A DNA stretch of 64,000 nucleotides from Octopus sinensis (Eukaryota), in assembly GCF_006345805.1 (NCBI RefSeq), contig NC_043008.1, forward strand, positions 71,548,001 to 71,612,000. Reading direction: 5' to 3'. Positions 40,560 to 54,700 of this stretch are shown here, in pieces (position 1 is the stretch's first letter; every line of letters starts with the position of its first letter). Position numbers and translations under genes: made by a program. The notes beneath the pieces are model-generated. The model was not told where the DNA came from and made no database searches. It worked only from the letters and a program-made list of their open reading frames with translations.

Positions 40560-42680
40560 TTATTATTATTATTATCTTTTTTTATTATATCCGACCTAAA
40601 CTCAAGAGAGTTTCAATTTTACACGGACAAATTATGAGGTATGAACTAAAAGGGAGCGAAGTAAATTGATCAAAATATATTCAGCGGCGCTTTACCGGTT
40701 CTCTGATTCCAAACCCCACCGGAGACAAATGTATATTTTGTCTTCGAGTGTCAATAAAACCTATCTGTGGACTGGTACAGGTTTTAGCATGCAGAGGAAG
40801 ATGATTTGCGATATAGTTCCGGCTCTGTGCCGTCTGGCTACAAAAGAACTATTTTTTAATATCATTGGCCTATGTCAGCAACTTATCCTGGAATTAGCAT
40901 CAGTGGCATTTCGAGCAGAGACTTCCATGCTTGATAACTACCAATCTTGATAGTCTTGCCCAAATTTGCACATATATCTGTAGTTACTGTGCCAGCTTTG
41001 TCTGACGGAAATCCTGTGTGTACAGAGAAAATGAGATTAAACCAAGTCATTGACACTGCTCTCATGTAACATCGAGAGTGAGTTTGTTTCACGTGTCATT
41101 TGCAAAGACATTCTGAATGTTCAGCAATACAGTTTAATTCTAAAGTTCTTTATGAGATAAGATCTTCTAAGTGTCCACTTTCGGAAGATATTACTTAGAT
41201 TTCCCATCAATAAATAAGAAATAATATTTTATTTTATAAATATGTTTCATGTGTTTCAAACTGTTTAATAAATGTTTGAATACTTTTTTATTTAAATATG
41301 TCTTAATAACTGTTTAACAAATATTTTAAGACAACATAATTAAAACGATATAAAACATTAGCAATCCATTAATTATTCGTAATTAAAACATAATATTAAT
41401 AAATATCAAATCTTATTAATAAGCATTATATATATAACAACAATGTAATAAGCATAATTATATATTCTAAAACAAGATTTACGCCAGCAGATTCTTTTTA
41501 TGAAATTTTATTAATATCACATCATAAATCGAAAATATATATCTAATACTAGAATATTAGAACAGAATAAATTATATATGGTATATATTTTCTAAATAAT
41601 TGTCCTATAGATATCATGCCTAATTAGTATAAGTGGTTTTAATTCTAAATATAATGTGTTTCAGTAATTATCTTCGGAAGGGTGCAACGTTATTGTCTAC
41701 ATAGAAGCTATTAATAAATAAAGCCAGCTGTCGTAATCAAAAGCAGGAAATCTTTGAGGTCACATGAACTGCAAGAAACAGCAGCTAAATCTCTGCTAAA
41801 TCACATCCTCTTGCCATGAACCAAAAAATGACATATAGTTCAAGACATAAGATCGATGGGATGATTGATCAATAATACCATTGTCATAAACCTGTATAAG
41901 GTAATAATTTTGGTGTAAATAACAACATAACCAGGAGTCATATGGAGCAAGGGGATAATTCAGAACGCTTGACAAATAGTAATTCTTTATTAATGTAATT
42001 CCCAATATTTTAGGTGTACTTTTACTCACACGTCCACCACTTATATTTTTCAGGAAATATAAACTCATTCCGTCTGTTTCTTTTTCTCCACTGTTAAAAG
42101 AAATAACACTTTAATTTCAATTCATGCAAGATATGTTATACATGTTGCTGTCTATATACCACTCAAACTTGATGCAGCTTGCAACTCTCATAACTGCTGT
42201 CATTTTGCCAAATATAAATATGTTAAAGAATGGTAAAATGAATCTAGCAGTATATCTCTCAAAAAGTCTCCCCCACCTCTTTAAAACAATAAAGTTGCTT
42301 TATTTCAGATTATTTGCTATATCTAGAAATTTGAGAAAATACATTGACTATTCTACTTTGGCTGGTAATCATAAGATATAAGATTAATAAATGTTACATT
42401 TTATTTTTCAAAAGTTTCACACACACACTTTACTGTTTATCTTTTGATACTCACTGAAATTTCAATGAATAACTGAACATTTGATCATTTAAAAGTGCCT
42501 TACCGAATTTTTCATCGTAATTTTAAAGGCCTCTGCACCCCTTATTTATTTGGTTTCTTTTTTAGCATTGACAAACAAAAAATTGTCGAAACCTGTTTGG
42601 TATTTGAATGAATGAATTACAAAATAAAAAACTACAGGTTTTGCGATTCCGGGGCATTTTTAAAAATGAAAATAATTTCT

Positions 42681-42759
<79 letters not shown>

Positions 42760-42760
<1 letters not shown>

Positions 42761-43060
42761 TAAAGTTGCAAGGTACGAATGAAAATATATAGGAAAGAGG
42801 GTTTAAAAATACAGATGTCTTTTATTGGCGTAACCGGTTTTTCTTTTTTAAAAGAAAGATTATCAAAAGTAACATGTAAACCTTTGTATAAGCTTTGATG
42901 TGTTAAAAAATGGTTATCATAATTGTATTAAAATACAGTTATACAGTCTTTGATAATGATAAGGAATGTGAAGAATAGAACCTTTGACAATGATAAGAAA
43001 ATGTTAAGAGGGTTTTTTTTAAACAATTTACATGAAAGTGTTCAAAATAGGTAGTAACAT
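42760..43060 (-). repeat. Copy of the 4016/30152 repeat family
   Basis: AAGTTGCAAGGTACGAATG...AAAAGTAACATGTAAA...AGCTTTG matches 30152-30400. Confidence 0.65.
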
Positions 43061-43179
43061 AAATTTATAATTATTTCAAGTTCCTAGTTTTAGCCACTGT
43101 ACCAATGCGCAGACAACACCACTGACCAAACACTTAAAACAATTGTGGTGATTAAAAACTAAATGTCGAAACCTTCTTA

Positions 43180-43384
43180 TTGACTCCAATTTTTTCAATT
43201 ATATATTCACACTCGACAGATGTCCGAAAGCAAACCTGGAAGTACGTATAAATATACTACTGGGTAGCACAGGTTAAATCAGAAGGTAGATAACTTTTAC
43301 ACTGTACTCTACTACGTTCTTAAGAGAATATACTATATATATGTGTGTATATATATATATATAAATTGAAGAAATTGGAGTCAA
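43180..43384. mobile_element. Small MITE-like element
   Basis: Imperfect ~25 bp inverted ends TTGACTCCAATTT.TTCAATT / AATTGAA.AAATTGGAGTCAA. Confidence 0.4.
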
Positions 43385-44737
43385 CGAAAAGGAGTATGGT
43401 TCGACAGTTATTTTATAATCACTAACATTTTTTCCACACAACGTGGTTCTTCAAGGATACAAGGATTTGATAACACAACTGTTTGTTTGCATAGTGAGAT
43501 CCAGTTGTGTTTCGTCAGGTGATGTATATGTATATATAAATGCACAAACATATATATGTGGATAGTTGTCTGTACGTATCTGTTCGTGTACACATATTTA
43601 TCATTAATTATTTCCTTATATTTCATATTTTATATTTCATACTTTCATTTTATATTTGTGGCCGTTTATTATCATGCCTTTTCAAACAATTAGCATATGA
43701 TTGCATCACTAATATATTATTTTCCCAATTCTTAATTATCACTTTTTATTTTTTAATTAATAAAACCTAACTTCATATGTTGTGAATTTTTTAAAATCTG
43801 CTTTTTATCCCTTTAATTTAAATACTTGCGTACTTTCATCACTAGTACCTCGACACCAAACCCTAGCATCGATCACTACAACTTGTCCACTTTTCACTAC
43901 ATCTCTTTCACCCATTGTTTCATTTCTTATTTATTACTATTTGTTTATTTGAGAGCAGTTTTTCACAGGTTTTTCTCTGTAAGAGTGTTTTCGTTTCAGT
44001 GCGTGTATACTCTCCCTTGGGGGTCTTTGTGTTTATTTCTGGGCTAAACTATAACTTAATTTTCCCAAGATCAATCGGAGATATATAGCTCCATATAAAT
44101 CTGGCCGCGCTCTATACTTTTGTATTTATTTCATTTTACCGTATTTTTATCCTGAATTATGGTACTCCTTTTGGTACTCTCTAACGCAGAAAAATCTAAT
44201 ATCTACTCTGTAATCAAATAGCTATGTATTAAGCCCTTTCACTCTATTTCTCAGACATAATCGTCATTCTACAGTTTTCTTTACAGTGATTACAAGCCAT
44301 TTTAAAGTATTTAATCTTTACTTTTAATTTCTCTTCCTCTCGCTTGGCCCTTTACTAGTGTTCCTGGGCCTATTTGAATTCAAATTTTACTATGTCATTA
44401 TCAAGGCTATGCTATTTTCGTTCAACACTCTCATATCAAATAGTTTTATACAATATTTTAGATCCTTCCACTAACTTATGGTTTTACTATAACTCCTTGT
44501 AGCCCACCCGCCTCTATTAAACGCTTTCCTTTATGCCTTGTCATGTTTGATTCTTGGGTCACCAGGAGTAGTTCTGAATAGCTTTATTACCATCCCTCCT
44601 ACTTTACACAGGTCGTTAATAAACTATTTCCGCCGTACTTTACATACAACCCACCGCGCTATCTTTCCTTTAATCGCCATCATCTTCAATGTTGTTCGTG
44701 TTCCAGCTGCCTCTTCTGTAGTGTCTGTCGCGAGTAC

Positions 44738-45957
44738 TATTATTATTATTATTATTATTCAGTAGTTTTATTTTTATAGCGTGCTTTCACTTCACTACCG
44801 AGCGCAGCTCTGTGTGCCTTGGGTATGTGCTGTGATTTGTTGTGGTGCTCTGATGGTTATTGTATGGAAAGTGTTCTGCGTAGGATGTGTGCAGTGCCTA
44901 GTAGTGCACTTTTCTGTATGTTATTTGTGTTTGTAAGTCCTGGTGTTTTTGTTATGTATTTGTCTGAATATTTTTTTATCATGCCTAATGCACCTACTAT
45001 GATAGGAATTGTTTCTGTTTTCAGGTTCCACATTCTAGTTACCTCTATTTCCAGGTCTTTGTATTTTGAGAGTTTCTCCATTTCTTTTAGAGACACGTTG
45101 TCATCAGCCAGTATTGATACATCAAAAAAATGCTTTCTAATTGATGTATCAATACCGGCTGATGACAACGTGTCTCTAAAAGAAATGGAGAAACTCTCAA
45201 AATACAAAGACCTGGAAATAGAGGTAACTAGAATGTCGAATCTGAAAACAGAAACAATTCCTATCATTATTATTATTATTATTATTATTCAGTAGTTTTA
45301 TTTTTATAGCGTGCTTTCACTTCACTACCGAGCGCAGCTCTGTGTGCCTTGGGTATGTGCTGTGATTTGTTGTGATGCTCTGATGGTTATTGTATGGAAA
45401 GTGTTCTGCGTAGGATGTGTGCAGTGCCTAGTAGTGCAATTTTCTGTATGTTATATGTGTTTGTAAGTCCTGGTGTTTTTGTTATGTATTTGTCTGAATA
45501 TTTTTTTATCATGCCTAATGCATTGTTTCTGTTTTCAGGTTCCACATTCTAGTTACCTCTATTTCCAGGTCTTTGTATTTTGACAGTTTCTCCATTTCTT
45601 TTAGAGACACGTTGTCATCTGCCGGTATTGATACATCAATTAGAAAGCATTTTTTTTCTTCATGATCTCTGACAACTATATCTGGTCTGTTGGCCTTAAT
45701 TTCTCTATCTGTGTGTATCGGCATATCCCAGAGTATGGTTGCTTTCTCGTTTTCTGTGACCTTTTCTGGTGTGTGCCTATACCATCTTTTTTCTGTTGTT
45801 ATTCCATAATGTTGGCATAGCTTCCAATGTATGTAGGTTCCAACTCTGTCATGTCTGTGAATATATTCCTTCTTAGCCAGGACTGGGCAGCTAGAGATAA
45901 TATGATTTATTGTTTCTTGTCCATCTCCACATATTCTGCAGTTACTTGTAATATTTC

Positions 45958-45958
<1 letters not shown>
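44738..45958 (-). mobile_element. Dong/R4-like LINE 3' fragments (zinc knuckle + REL endonuclease), duplicated with an internal foldback
   Basis: CRICGDGQETINHIISSC, RHDRV, NRPDIVV, LIDVSIP, KLSKYKDL, PIIVGALG on the minus strand; (ATT)n on both sides. Confidence 0.9.
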
Positions 45959-45963
<5 letters not shown>

Positions 45964-46049
<86 letters not shown>

Positions 46050-46081
46050 ATTATTATTATTGTTATTATTATTATTATTAA

Positions 46082-46123
<42 letters not shown>

Positions 46124-46145
46124 ATTATTATTATTATTATTATTA

Positions 46146-46176
<31 letters not shown>

Positions 46177-46185
46177 CTTTCATAT
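45964..46185. repeat. (ATT)n microsatellite
   Basis: Directly visible. Confidence 0.95.
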
Positions 46186-46257
46186 CATTCTTGTTATTTT
46201 TGAGTTCGGCTCTTGTAGCCAATAAAGAAAATGTTATTATTATTATTGTTGTTGTTG

Positions 46258-46440
46258 TTAAGGTGGCGAGCTGACAAAATCAGTAGCACACTGGACAAAA
46301 TGCTGAGTTCAAAATTCGCCGAGATCGACTTTGCCTTTCATGCTCTTGGGGTCAATAAATTAAGTACGTGTAAAATACTGGGGTCGATCTATTCGATTTC
46401 GCCTCTCCCCCAAAACTGCGGCCTCTGTGTCAAAATATAA
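46258..46440 (+). mobile_element. SINE family A
   Basis: AAGGTGGCGAGCTGAC head, GAGTTCAAAATTCG B-box-like, GATCGACTTTGCCTTTCAT body. Confidence 0.75.
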
Positions 46441-47334
46441 AAGCATTATTATTTTTAACATTACAATTACTATCTGCCTTACTATTATTAATAGTAATAG
46501 TAGTATTGTTAATGTTATTTTCTTATTATTTTCTACTCATAATTGTTACTGTTGCGGTCATTGTTATTGTTTTTACTATCTTTATTTTCTTTGCTTTATC
46601 GCTAGATATTTATGGTTCTTCGCCAAAATTACTTTTCACTTGTCCATTGTAATTTGATTCTGGTGATTGTGGTATCACTCTTCTCTTTCCTTCCAACTAT
46701 TCCTCTTCTCCTTCTTCCTCTTTCGACCTCTTCTTTTAAATCTTCTCGTATTAGTTGTCCTCTTTCTCTTTTTCCTCCTCCTTATTTTTTTTCTTTTTTC
46801 CCGTCTTCCTTCTTATTTTCTGCCGTCTCTTCTACCGCTTCTTCATCGCTCATACCGTTATCTACCTTTGCATTGACATTTTACTTTCTTGGCCCTTCTT
46901 ACCACAGTCTATTTACATTTCCACCATTCTTTACTTTTTGGTTCCTTCTGATATAAGCAAAACTCAAAGTATGGAAGACGCACAATATACGATCGCATTT
47001 TGCGGCAAATCTGCAGAAATGCCTACTAATGTTTAAAACCGCAAATATTACGTAAATTTTCACTTGGAAGTTTTGTATGAACTGGCGTTGAAAGTAGAGC
47101 TGGCACAGGAACAATTGTAACTAATCATTGAACATATGTTAAAAGTTTTCCGTTGTCTTTCTATTTGTATTATATTTTACTCTTCACTAAACCCACACAA
47201 ATGTTTCATCTTTGTGTAAACTGGATTTTTTACACCTGAATAATTTCGATATCAACCTGGAGTCAGGCTTTGTAGATAGCCTAGAGCTGCATTGGAAATA
47301 CCCTAACTTTCTACCACCCCAGGTTCTTATATTC

Positions 47335-47710
47335 TTTCACTTGCTACAGTCATTTGACTGCGGCCAAGCTGGAGTACCACCTTATAAGGTTTCAGTGGAA
47401 GAGACTCCAGGACCTATTCTTTTTGCCGAACCGCTAAGTTTCGGGCGGGGACGTGAACACACCAACATCGTTTGTCAAGCGTTGCAGGGGAGACAAACAC
47501 AGACTATCTCTCTCTCTCTCACACACACACACAAATATATATATAACAGACTTCTTTCAGTTTCCATCTACCTAATCCACTCACAAGGCCTTGGTAGTCC
47601 CGAGGTTATAGTAGAAGACACTTGCACAAAGTGCCACATAGAGGGACTGAACTGGAAACCATGTGGTTGGGACGTAAGCTTCTTTCCACAGAGCCACACC
47701 TTCTCCTATA
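47335..47710 (-). mobile_element. SINE family C
   Basis: Reverse-complement match to 50578-50994. Confidence 0.8.
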
Positions 47711-49371
47711 TATAATTCCAATTTTACTTAATTCTTTAGAGGTGACGGTTAATTCTTCTTATTGATTTACATATCCCATAACTGAGCCGGAAGTGTGGAT
47801 AAACTCAAACTGCTTTTGTCTAAAAGGAAGCATATTGTTCATTTATTGCAAATACTTTGATTGCTGCCTCTTTGCATTAAAACACGCATACACACATGCA
47901 TGTGTAGGTAGATAGATAGATACATGAAACGGTATAAGGCTTAAGGAGGTTTTGACGATGTATGTTTTTATTCTTATTTCGAATTAGGTAGGGAGAATTC
48001 ATATCAATAGATACAAGTGGGTGCCAATTATTTCTTCTATAAAAAGAATGCATTGATGTCATAAATTACAATTACATTTTTCACATAATTCTCAAAATAA
48101 ACAACGTGTTATATACACATTCAGACGCACAAACACACACAAACATACACACGCACACACTAACTAACTTTGTATTTCTCTCTCTCTCACGTACACTTAT
48201 GCAATGTATACGCGTGTGCGTGTATGCGAAATTTTGGGAGTAAGTTTCTAAAACATCAGCTGCAAATTCTACCCTAAAGTGAAATGCACCTACTCGAGAT
48301 TTTGTGTGTATTTTGACGCCAGTCTAAGCGTCAACCATCTTACCTATTTCACATTTAGGCTGCAAAGCGTTTGAAGGAATTTACTTTAAGTACCCTGAAA
48401 ATGGCAATCTAACCAGGTAGATATCCATCTTTCTCTAGATTAACGCCTTAGAAAAACGAGTATAAACAACGTCTGTTTTCTTTGCCAATCAATTCATTGA
48501 TTTATTCTTTCACCAAACTAGTTTATGATTTATAGGTTTTGTGTTGTTTTCAAAGAAAACAAATAGTTTACAGAATACTTTGAAGAATGAAAATCGGTTA
48601 AGATAAAACATCAAAAGACTTATCAGAACTGAAATTAACTATTTCTGTAGGCATTAGCGAAATCAAACGTCTGGATCAGTCTTTCGGATCATATATGTGT
48701 CCGTGTGTGTGTTCTTATATTAGTTGTAACCGTTATATATTTGTTGTCCTTTTGTTTTCCTTTCATTAACGACAAACTAATTAAACCTAGTCCAAGCTAA
48801 ATAACACTTGGGATAAGCTGATAACAATATGGATTTAAAAGTCAGTTGACCTCTGTTTATTTCGTTGGTCATATTGATGTTAGTTGTTGGTGATATTTTT
48901 TGTTGTTGATATAGTAATTTCAATTTTTAGTCAACGTCTGAAATAACGAGACTGTTATCTTGTACATCAATGTAATATGCGTGGTGAAAACAAAACAAAA
49001 AACAATTTAACAAGAAATTAAAAAAGAAATGATAATGACTAAACAAAGGAAATACAACAAGGCGATACCAGCAACTACTAAAAATAATTTTACACTCTGA
49101 TGTCAACCTGATAACGTCAACAACAACAACAACAACAACAAATTGTAATTACATCTAATCTTCTGTAATGGCGAACTGTGAGAAAATGGAAGCATAAATC
49201 AAATGAAGCAGATTCGACATACAAACAGATGATGGCTGTAATTTCAATGACATCAACTTTGTATATTTAACAAGAAAATTTCTAGACGAAGGCCAGGCGC
49301 AAAGAACATATAACACATATATAATTAGATTAAATTTCTTATGTATTTCTGTATGAGTGTGTATGTATATT

Positions 49372-49416
<45 letters not shown>

Positions 49417-49464
49417 AGACACACACGCATGTATGTATACACAAAATTACACAAACACATATAA

Positions 49465-49522
<58 letters not shown>

Positions 49523-50209
49523 CAGAGAAAGAGAGAGAGAGAGATAATGCAATTAAATGTATATAAACGTTTTTTTTAAATATTCATTTGTGAAAACACG
49601 TGCACATATCAAGAATCATGTTGTCTAATATCTGCGATGTTGTGCTGCTCATCATAAACTGGTGAGTTCCATTGCTGGAGTAGGGATACCTTGATCCTTT
49701 GGCCATGGTGCATTCTTCATGTGGCTCACGTTTACTTAGTTCAAAGTAAGTACTAGCTTAGAACTGATGCAATGCAAATCTTTCACCTTTTCCTCCGCTC
49801 TCACACATCCTTCTTTTCACTCACACCTCCATCTCTGTTCTTTTCTCTGTCTCCCCCCCTCTCTCTCTCTCCAGCTGTCATATTCTCGAAGGTACTCGGA
49901 TTTAAGGTGCAGAAGGACTGATAAAGTGGTTATATCAGTTAGCGATTACATGACGACTGAAAAGAATGACCTGAATCATGGTAGTTGCTAACAAATTTTT
50001 CTTCTCTTGCAGAGCACACTTGGGTTTATAAACTATACGTATAACCTTTTATAAAACTATACGTACATATATACATACGTACATAAGTATGTACATACAA
50101 GCATATATATATATATGCATGTATATACATATATATATCGATACGTACGTACGAATGTACATGGACATGCACATATATATACATTCATACACATCCATAT
50201 ATATATATA

Positions 50210-50241
<32 letters not shown>

Positions 50242-50248
50242 ATATATA

Positions 50249-50398
50249 TATTGTTATATTTCGGAATGGTCATATTGCCAGTTTAGCCAATAAAAACACA
50301 CGCACTATATATTTGGTGTTATTTTGCTTCAGTGATATATAGTGCGTGTGTTTTTATTGGCTAAACTGGCAATATGACCATTCCGAAATATAACAATA
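50249..50398. repeat. Perfect hairpin, 64-bp arms, 22-nt loop, in (TA)n
   Basis: 50249-50312 vs 50335-50398. Confidence 0.9.
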
Positions 50399-50452
50399 TC
50401 TGTTTCAACACACGACTTCACATAAAAAATCTTGCACAACAAATATTTAAAC

Positions 50453-50495
<43 letters not shown>

Positions 50496-50509
50496 ACATA
50501 TATATATAC

Positions 50510-50544
<35 letters not shown>

Positions 50545-50577
50545 CATACATGCATACATATATATACATACACATAT

Positions 50578-50994
50578 AGGCGCAGGAGTGGCTGTGTGGT
50601 AAGTAGCTTGCTAACCAACCACATGGTTCCGGGTTCAGTCCCACTGCGTGGCATCTTGGGCAAGTGTCTTCTGCTATAGCCCCGGGCCGACCAAAGCCTT
50701 GTGAGTGGATTTGGTAGACGGAAACTGAAAGAAGCCTGTCGTATATATGTATATATAATTAAGTGTGTGTGTATATGTTTGTGTGTCTGTGTTTGTCCCC
50801 CTAGCATTGCTTGACAACCGATGCTGGTGTGTTTACGTCCCCGTTACTTAGCGGTTCGGCAAAAGAGACCGATAGAATAAGTACTGGGCTTACAAAGAAT
50901 AAGTCCCGGTGTCGATTTGCTCGACTAAATGCGGTGCTCCAGCATGGCCGCAGTCAAATGACTGAAACAAGTAAAAGAGTAAAAGAGTAAAGAG
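50578..50994 (+). mobile_element. SINE family C, complete, with internal microsatellite
   Basis: A box TGGCTGTGTGG, B-box-like GGTTCAGTCCC, central (TA)/(GT) tract, (GTAAAAGA)n tail. Confidence 0.9.
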
Positions 50995-51000
50995 TATATA

Positions 51001-52218
51001 TTCGGTTGTCTCAGACGAAATGTGGCATTTTTAATTACTTGTTATTTTAGTAATTTAAAAACTGAATTATTTATAGCTTTCATTTAATATTGTCTCTTTG
51101 TTTTCCCCTGCAATATTGGTATACAAAATTCGTAACCGCATCCTTTTGAAAATGATAGCAACCAAACTATATTGAGTGATTTTCTCGTATGAGTACAAAC
51201 TGGGTCATTCGACCTCAGAAGCTCTCCGGAATACCAAGTGGAACTTTGGTAATGGTTTTGTTGACATCAGCAATGTTCACAGATGATTCCAAAGCTCTCG
51301 TTCAAGAGATGAGAGCCTTGAAATTAAACCAAGGGGTAGGCCCAAATCAGTTGTTCGGCATGATGGATTAAATGTTTTGGTTGAACGAAATCCGAGAATT
51401 CGAAAGCTTTCATCAGAACTACAAACATCTCGCACAACTGTTTTTGGATACCTTTAAAAAAATTGGAAAATTGAAGAAAACAGGCAGGTTTGTTCCACAT
51501 TAACTAAACGAGATTAAATAAAAACAGACGCCTCGATGTGTGCCACTTATTGCATCAAATCATTACTTACGATTGGAAATGGTTACGCTTTGAAAACAAC
51601 AGGAGAATAGGACAGTGATTAGATGCACGAGAGTCAACTAATTACTACCTAAACCCACCATTGCACCCTAAAATATTAGTAGTCACTGTATGGTAGTCCG
51701 CGAAGGGAATTATTCAGTCTTCATTTTTGCAACAAGGAAAAACGGTAACAGAACATCTGTTTATCAGGAAATTGATTGTATTCATGGGAATTTGAAAAAG
51801 AAAAAAAGCAAACCGGATTAGTGAATAAAGATGACCTACTTTCGCTCCACGACAATGACAATCCTAACACTCCTGAAGTTATAGTCCAAATGTTGCAAAG
51901 CCTGGATTATGAGATTTTACAACACCCTTCATATTCCCCTATTTCTCCTACTGATCATTACTTATTTAAGCATTTTGAGCTTTTCATAAGCAATAAAACA
52001 TTCTTAAATAGAGGAGAGGTAATTGAAGAATTCACAGCGTTTACCACAGCAAAAGATGAATTTTCTTTTAAAGATGGAATATATGACTTAGACAAAACGT
52101 TGGGTAAACATCGTAAAGGTACATGGGTCATACTGCTATTAAATAAATCAGTTCTCTAACATTTCTGAAACATTTTATTGTTAGCTTTGAAATACGACAT
52201 TTCATGTGAAACTACCTT
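51001..52218 (+). mobile_element. Full-length degenerate mariner transposon
   Basis: TA-flanked imperfect ~27 bp TIRs; ORF 51776-52159 with LHDN, HPSYSP, DHYLF motifs. Confidence 0.85.
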
Positions 52219-52351
52219 TATATATATATATATATGCATGCACACTCATAAACACATGCATATACACATACATATCTATATATACATGCATACCCACACA
52301 TGCATATTCACATACATACACATACACACATGCATATGTATGTATATGTAC

Positions 52352-52394
<43 letters not shown>

Positions 52395-52764
52395 CATACA
52401 CAGAAAGCCACATATGTAGAAATGCCTACATTTAAATTTGTGACTGGCAGCTCATGCTCTGTACCATTCGTGTATCTTTCTAGAAAAAAGAATCATGTTA
52501 ATTATTTCAAGGGTTTAATATTAGGTATTTCTTTTACAAAGTTTGTTTGTTACATCTTGATGTTACAAACAAACTTTGTAGAAATGTATTCATTCCGTTC
52601 GTCAAATATTCACAAGATTAGATATTGCCAAATGCATTTTTGAAACTGGTCTCCTTTGCAATTTAAATGCATATACCATTTAATGACCTAATCATTAGTT
52701 GAACATTTTATACAACCCCCAAACGCCGCATATTTTAGAATCTTCACTAAGCATATTCACTAGA

Positions 52765-52952
52765 ATTTTTACGGGGCCGCGGGAAAGTTGATTTACGTCG
52801 ACCCCCAAAGTTTCACTGGTACTTATTTTATCCACCTCAAAATGATGAAATGCGAACTCGACCTCTGCGCAATTTTAAATTAGAACGTAAAAACGGACGA
52901 AAACCGCGAAGCATTTTGTCTGACGTGTTAACGATTCTGCCTGCTCGCCGTA
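52765..52952 (-). mobile_element. SINE family A
   Basis: Matches the 1-140 and 270-483 copies. Confidence 0.75.
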
Positions 52953-53914
52953 TATAATATCGCATTTCGTGGTGGAATAGGAAATTTTTTCTCAATATAA
53001 ATAACGTTGAGGAAATTCTACGTTCATTGCTTCACGCCGATGTTTTACTAGTTGTTATATTGGAGTTGTCGTGTTTAGAACACGAAATATATGAAAAAGA
53101 ATGGTATGTATTGTTTTGTTTCGTGCTATTTCTGGTTATGAATCTTTGACTAAAGTCAAATGATTCATAATCTAAAAGACTAAATATAATAATTTATATT
53201 TTGAAGTATTTGTAGATAACTTATATACGTCATTTATCGAGTTTTTTTCTAAAAATAAACTATGATTAAATCCTTTTGATTTGTATGTAACTCGGTTTCT
53301 ATTTCTACATATATATATATGTGTGTGTGTGGGCGTGTGTGTGTGTGTGTGTGTGTGTGTGCATGTGTTTGTAAATTCAAGCTTGGTTATTGAAATCGAA
53401 AAATTCACAGAAATAGTATAGGTCTTCGACAGTATGGTTCTTAGAAAATTATGAAAGGGATTCGGCCAACTGTTTAAGAATCACCGGTTTTTGTGGGTCC
53501 TTCACCTCTATAGAAGTCTAGAAGTCATACATTTTATCTCATGTTTCTGTCACTACATTCTGCTCATTGAAGTACACGACGGCCTTGTATATATCGCTGT
53601 GATATTGTAACTCTGTGTGAAATGAATACGACCTTTTAAACACTAGTTGGTGTTAGCTTGTTCAACTGAGAATTCCAATATGTTTCCATCACTTTGACAT
53701 ATTTTGCAGCGTTTATGTTAGATATACCGTCACGGAAAGAATGTAAGTCAACACACGATAAAAGCTATTTCCTCTACGACGAAGTGATTATGCCTAATAA
53801 TAAACAAAAAGAAAAAAATCCATTTTAACTTTATTTTATATAAATAATAGTTCCATATTTAAGAGATGATGAATTATGTACATTTGACGGATATTTGTCA
53901 TCTTTTTTGTTGTT

Positions 53915-53960
53915 AACACAACGTTTCGGCTGATATACCTTCCAGCCTTTATCAGATGTC
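53915..53960 (-). ncRNA. Minimal type I hammerhead motif (G8A in this copy)
   Basis: GACAU-CUGAUAA-A-GGCUG-GAAGGUAUAU-CAGCC-GAAA-CG-UU-GUGUU. Confidence 0.55.
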
Positions 53961-54292
53961 TCTCATTCTAAGGTATTTTTGGGGTGTTTTTATTATCATT
54001 ACTATTCATGTCGGTGCCTGGAATCGAACTCGGAATCTTGGGGTTAGTAGCCCGCGCTTTTAACCACCACACCATATGCCCGTGGACAATTGTGAAGTGA
54101 ATCTTAGCGCTTATAAATCTAATATTTTCCTATCCTTCCTTAATACTGGTTCCCATATGCTATTCGTAACTGCACTCAGTCTGCTTAGGTGGTTGTTGTG
54201 TCCTAGTATATGGGCTGCTTCTTTTAGTTTTCGTATTTTCCACTGGTGGTCTGTGTCTATTATTTTAACTTCATCTAACAGGGGGAGGTAGT

Positions 54293-54496
54293 GATCATAT
54301 ATGGAAATATGGAGACCTCCTCCTCCTGTGGGATGAAGTTAAAATCATAGACAGAGAACACCACTGGAAAATACGAAAGCTAAAACAAGCAGCATATATA
54401 CTAGGACACAACAACCTCCTATGCAGATCGAGTGCAGATATGAATATCATATGGGAATCGGTATTAAGGAAGGATAGGAAAATATTAGATTTATAA
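54293..54496 (+). pseudogene. C-terminal part of a PLE GIY-YIG endonuclease
   Basis: Open 68 codons: DHIWKYGDLLLLWDEVKIIDREHHWKIRKLKQAAYILGHNNLLCRSS..., resembling the PLE EN tail (H...W..VKII.RE..W..RK..E). Confidence 0.6.
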
Positions 54497-54525
54497 GCAC
54501 TAAGATTCACTCAAAAATTGCCCAC

Positions 54526-54597
54526 GGGCATATGGTGAAGTGGTTAAGAGCGTGGGCTACTAACCCCAAGATTCCTAGTTCGATTCCAGGCAGCGAC
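54526..54597 (+). promoter_or_regulatory. tRNA-like segment (Pol III A/B boxes); inverted copy at 54010-54081
   Basis: A box TGGTGAAGTGG, anticodon-like arm GGG-CTACTAA-CCC, T arm with GTTCGATTCC; acceptor stem does not pair. Confidence 0.65.
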
Positions 54598-54654
54598 CTG
54601 AATAGTAATAACAATAATATCGAAAAATACCTAAGGACTGAGAAGCCATTCCAA

Positions 54655-54700
54655 GACACCTGATGAATGCTAGAAGGTATATCAGCGGAAATGATGTGTT
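54655..54700 (+). ncRNA. Decayed hammerhead motif (intact CUGAUGA, helices II/III mutated)
   Basis: GACAC-CUGAUGA-A-UGCUA-GAAGGUAUAU-CAGCG-GAAA-UG-AU-GUGUU. Confidence 0.5.

Noticed and set aside
53415-53620. Short exon-like frames on both strands
   Set aside because: Both end in stops within ~35 codons and have no recognisable homology.
54526-54597. Functional tRNA gene
   Set aside because: The acceptor stem does not pair, and the segment is duplicated as part of a mobile element.
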